From: an uncultured Hormoscilla sp.
Lineage (GTDB): Bacteria > Cyanobacteriota > Cyanobacteriia > Cyanobacteriales > Desertifilaceae
Assembly (NCBI GenBank): GCA_963921275.4
Contig: OZ001293.3
Span: 672,001-736,000, forward strand
Direction of reading: 5' to 3'
DNA length: 64,000 bases
Position 1 is the stretch's first letter. Each line of letters opens with the position of its first letter. A program made the translations under genes and the position numbers. Below the pieces are notes generated by a model. That model did no database searches. It was not told the origin of the DNA and saw only the letters and a list, made by a program, of their open reading frames with translations. Positions 61,234 to 64,000 of this stretch are shown here, piece by piece.

Positions 61234-64000
61234 ATGGCGAAAAATATTAAAGAAATAATCAAAGCAGTAAAGAAAAGGCTGAAACCGCTGAAATCATTGA
61301 TGATTAAACCAGGACAGCAAGAGGGAATCCCGACAGGAGACTTGCTGGGATATTTAGAATCTCCCCAGGTGATGGAGAAAAATATAAACGGCACTCTGCG
61401 GGTATCGGGATGGGTATTGCACAAACAGGCAAAAATTACCGCCTTGATGCTAGTGCGATCTGGTTTTCCCGAAGAACAGATTGCCTATGGGATCGCGAGA
61501 CCTGATGTCGCCCAAATTTTCCCAGAAATTGCTGGCGCCGAAGCAAGCGGGTTCGGGTGGAATATTCTTCTAGACCGGAATTATACGGGTAAAGTAAATA
61601 TTAAAATTTGGGCAATTCTGGAAAATGGCGATCGCCTTTGTTGCTTTGCGGCCAAAACTCAAGTCATGGCGTTGGTTCCAGACGATCCTCGCAGCAGTTT
61701 AAACCTATACCTATTTTTATCTACTGTCGCACGCAAAGCCTGGGTTGTTTATAAGCAAGGACGCCTGCCCCTGTCTCCCATTGTCTGGATCCGCTATCTG
61801 CGCCGCTACTACCGACAACTGAACGTGACCGTAGAATATGCTAACGTCATTCATCCCTGGCAAACACGAGACCCCTATCAGCGATGGATAGAAATAAATC
61901 GCCTCACCCCCAAACTGTTATCGCGGATGCAAGCAGATGCGGAAAAACTAAAAACCACAGGTGTCAAGATTAGCGTTGTTGTGCCAGTATACAATCCCCC
62001 CGTCCAATTTCTGCGGGAGGCGATCGCCTCTGTTACCGCCCAAATTTATCCCCAGTGGGAACTCTGCTTGGCAGATGATGCTTCCACCCTCCCTCATGTT
62101 AAAGAAATCTTAGAGCAAGGGCAAGCATCCGACCCCAGAATTAAAGTCATTTTTAGGGAGGAAAACGGTCACATTGCCGCTGCGACCAATTCCGCTTTAG
62201 ACCTGGCCACCGGCGATTATATCGCCTTTTTAGACCATGACGATTTGTTACCACCCGATGCCCTGTTGCATGTTGCCGAATGTATCAACAACCATCCTAA
62301 TGTAGACTGGATCTATACTGATGAGGATAAGATCGACGGCGAGGGTTATAGATTTGACTGTCAAATGAAAGGGGCCTGGAGTCCGGAAATGGCAATTACT
62401 CATAATTATACCCATCACCTGACAGCCATCAGAAAAAGTTTAATTGACCGAGTGGGGGGGATGCGGAGGGGATTTGAAGGGGCCCAAGATTTAGACTTAT
62501 TTTTACGAGTCACCGAACAGACTGCAAATAAGAAAATTAGACATATTCCCCATGTTTGCTATCATTGGCGCGTGCATCCGGAAAGTACCGCCTCCCACGG
62601 CACCCAAAAGCAATATGTATTTGATAGCGCCTATCGGGCTATCAAAGAGGCGATCGCCCGCCGGGGACTAAAGGCGAAACCATTCTTGCCGGCTATTTTC
62701 CAAGATAAGGGATTATGCCTGCATCAGTTAGCATGGGATAGTTCGATCTTAGCAGAAAATCCCGTCACGATCGTCATTCCCACCCGGGACAGAGTAGATC
62801 TGTTAGCTAAATGTATCTCCAGTCTGGAAAGAACTGTAGACCAGCGGTTTGTCAAAATTATAATTGTAGATGACCGTTCCGAGTCAGTCAAAACTCGCCA
62901 GTATCTGGAACAATTGGAAAATAAACAAATTTGCCGGGTAATCCGTCCAGAACGCCCGGATGGTAAATTTAATTATGCCCGGTTGGTGAATTTAGCAGCG
63001 GCAGAGGTGGATACTCCCCTGATGCTACAGTTGAATAACGATATCGAGGCGATCGCCCCTGGTTGGCTAGAAGACATGGTAGGATGGATGTCCGTAGAAG
63101 GAGTAGCAGTCGTTGGGGCAAGATTGCTGTATCCAGACCAGACAATTCAGCATGCTGGAGTTGTGGTGGGGACGAATCACGGACTAGCAGGGAATTTATT
63201 TAAGAGTCAACCCCAAACTGATTTGGATTATATCTTTTTACCCCATGCGGCCCGCAATGTCTCAGCAGTAACAGGGGCATGTATGTTAACTTCTACTGCA
63301 ATATATCGAGAATTGGGGGGATTTGATGGGGAAAATTTAGCTGTTGAGTTTAACGATGTGGATTACTGTATGCGAGTGTGGGAATTGGGTAAACGGATTG
63401 TTTATACGCCTCAAGCTACCTTAATTCATCGTGAGAGTGCTTCCAGAAAAAATATAGACTACAATCCCCGAGAACATCTTAGCTTCATTATAAAGCATCT
63501 GGGATATCGGGACCCCTTCTTTAACGAAAATCTCGAAATCGAGAATGAAATAAAGGCGATCGGAATGGAACTCAATCCCCTGCATTTCGGTCACGCCGAG
63601 AGAATATCTAACTTAAATATCCTGTTAATCACCCATAACCTGAACCTAGAAGGTGCGCCGCTGATGGCCTATGCTTTTGCTAAGCACTTTGCTACCGTCG
63701 GGGACTTTCAGGTGACGGTCATTTCTTTAGAAGATGGTCCCTTGCGTTGGGACTACGAATCCCTGAATATTCTCGTTAAAATTATAGCAGATAACCTCAA
63801 GGTACTTGACCCGGACTTAAACCAATATCGCCAGCGCCTGAAAAACCTGGGAGAAAGCCTTGACATCGCCCAGTTCGATCTAGTAATATCTAATACGATG
63901 GTGAGTTTCTGGGGAGTAGAGTTAGCCCAGCTATTTGGCTTGCCCAGTATCTGGCACATTCATGAAAGTAGTAATATCCCCAGAAGTATCGCTAAATTTT
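61234..64000 (+). CDS. Multidomain glycosyltransferase (GT2-GT2-GT4), runs off the window end
   Basis: ISVVVPVYNPP, DDAS, FLDHDD, IVIPTRDR, LNND, SAVTGAC, THNLNLEGAP; not in the ORF track because no stop occurs in the window. Confidence 0.88.
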   Translation, partial: MAKNIKEIIKAVKKRLKPLKSLMIKPGQQEGIPTGDLLGYLESPQVMEKNINGTLRVSGWVLHKQAKITALMLVRSGFPEEQIAYGIARPDVAQIFPEIAGAEASGFGWNILLDRNYTGKVNIKIWAILENGDRLCCFAAKTQVMALVPDDPRSSLNLYLFLSTVARKAWVVYKQGRLPLSPIVWIRYLRRYYRQLNVTVEYANVIHPWQTRDPYQRWIEINRLTPKLLSRMQADAEKLKTTGVKISVVVPVYNPPVQFLREAIASVTAQIYPQWELCLADDASTLPHVKEILEQGQASDPRIKVIFREENGHIAAATNSALDLATGDYIAFLDHDDLLPPDALLHVAECINNHPNVDWIYTDEDKIDGEGYRFDCQMKGAWSPEMAITHNYTHHLTAIRKSLIDRVGGMRRGFEGAQDLDLFLRVTEQTANKKIRHIPHVCYHWRVHPESTASHGTQKQYVFDSAYRAIKEAIARRGLKAKPFLPAIFQDKGLCLHQLAWDSSILAENPVTIVIPTRDRVDLLAKCISSLERTVDQRFVKIIIVDDRSESVKTRQYLEQLENKQICRVIRPERPDGKFNYARLVNLAAAEVDTPLMLQLNNDIEAIAPGWLEDMVGWMSVEGVAVVGARLLYPDQTIQHAGVVVGTNHGLAGNLFKSQPQTDLDYIFLPHAARNVSAVTGACMLTSTAIYRELGGFDGENLAVEFNDVDYCMRVWELGKRIVYTPQATLIHRESASRKNIDYNPREHLSFIIKHLGYRDPFFNENLEIENEIKAIGMELNPLHFGHAERISNLNILLITHNLNLEGAPLMAYAFAKHFATVGDFQVTVISLEDGPLRWDYESLNILVKIIADNLKVLDPDLNQYRQRLKNLGESLDIAQFDLVISNTMVSFWGVELAQLFGLPSIWHIHESSNIPRSIAKF

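Overview
Cyanobacterial chromosome segment (dense HIP1 GCGATCGC sites; ndhD1/ndhF1, trxC, rbcR, devH; gene content resembles a filamentous Oscillatoriales-type genome, species not determinable) with heavy gene decay and mobile-element proliferation. The first ~30 kb is mostly broken toxin-antitoxin modules invaded by nested IS elements (IS4, IS630, IS5) and group II introns. 31-51 kb holds ndhD1-ndhF1-trxC-nnrU, a Pap-like (slr0144-0152-like) V4R/globin/ferredoxin/kinase cluster, rbcR split by an intact IS982, and devH. 56.7-64 kb is a wzm-wzt-methyl/sulfotransferase-glycosyltransferase polysaccharide locus. About ten group II intron copies or remnants from two lineages are present and none encodes an intact reverse transcriptase. 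One ORF-less lineage has a different EBS1 in each variant, matching its own target, and ends one nucleotide beyond the usual AY. One copy interrupts what appears to be the 6S RNA gene, and others form twintrons. A family of short modular palindromes (GRTGTCYC...GRGACAYC) has inserted into genes, IS elements and itself. All family assignments come from motif recognition by eye, not database searches.
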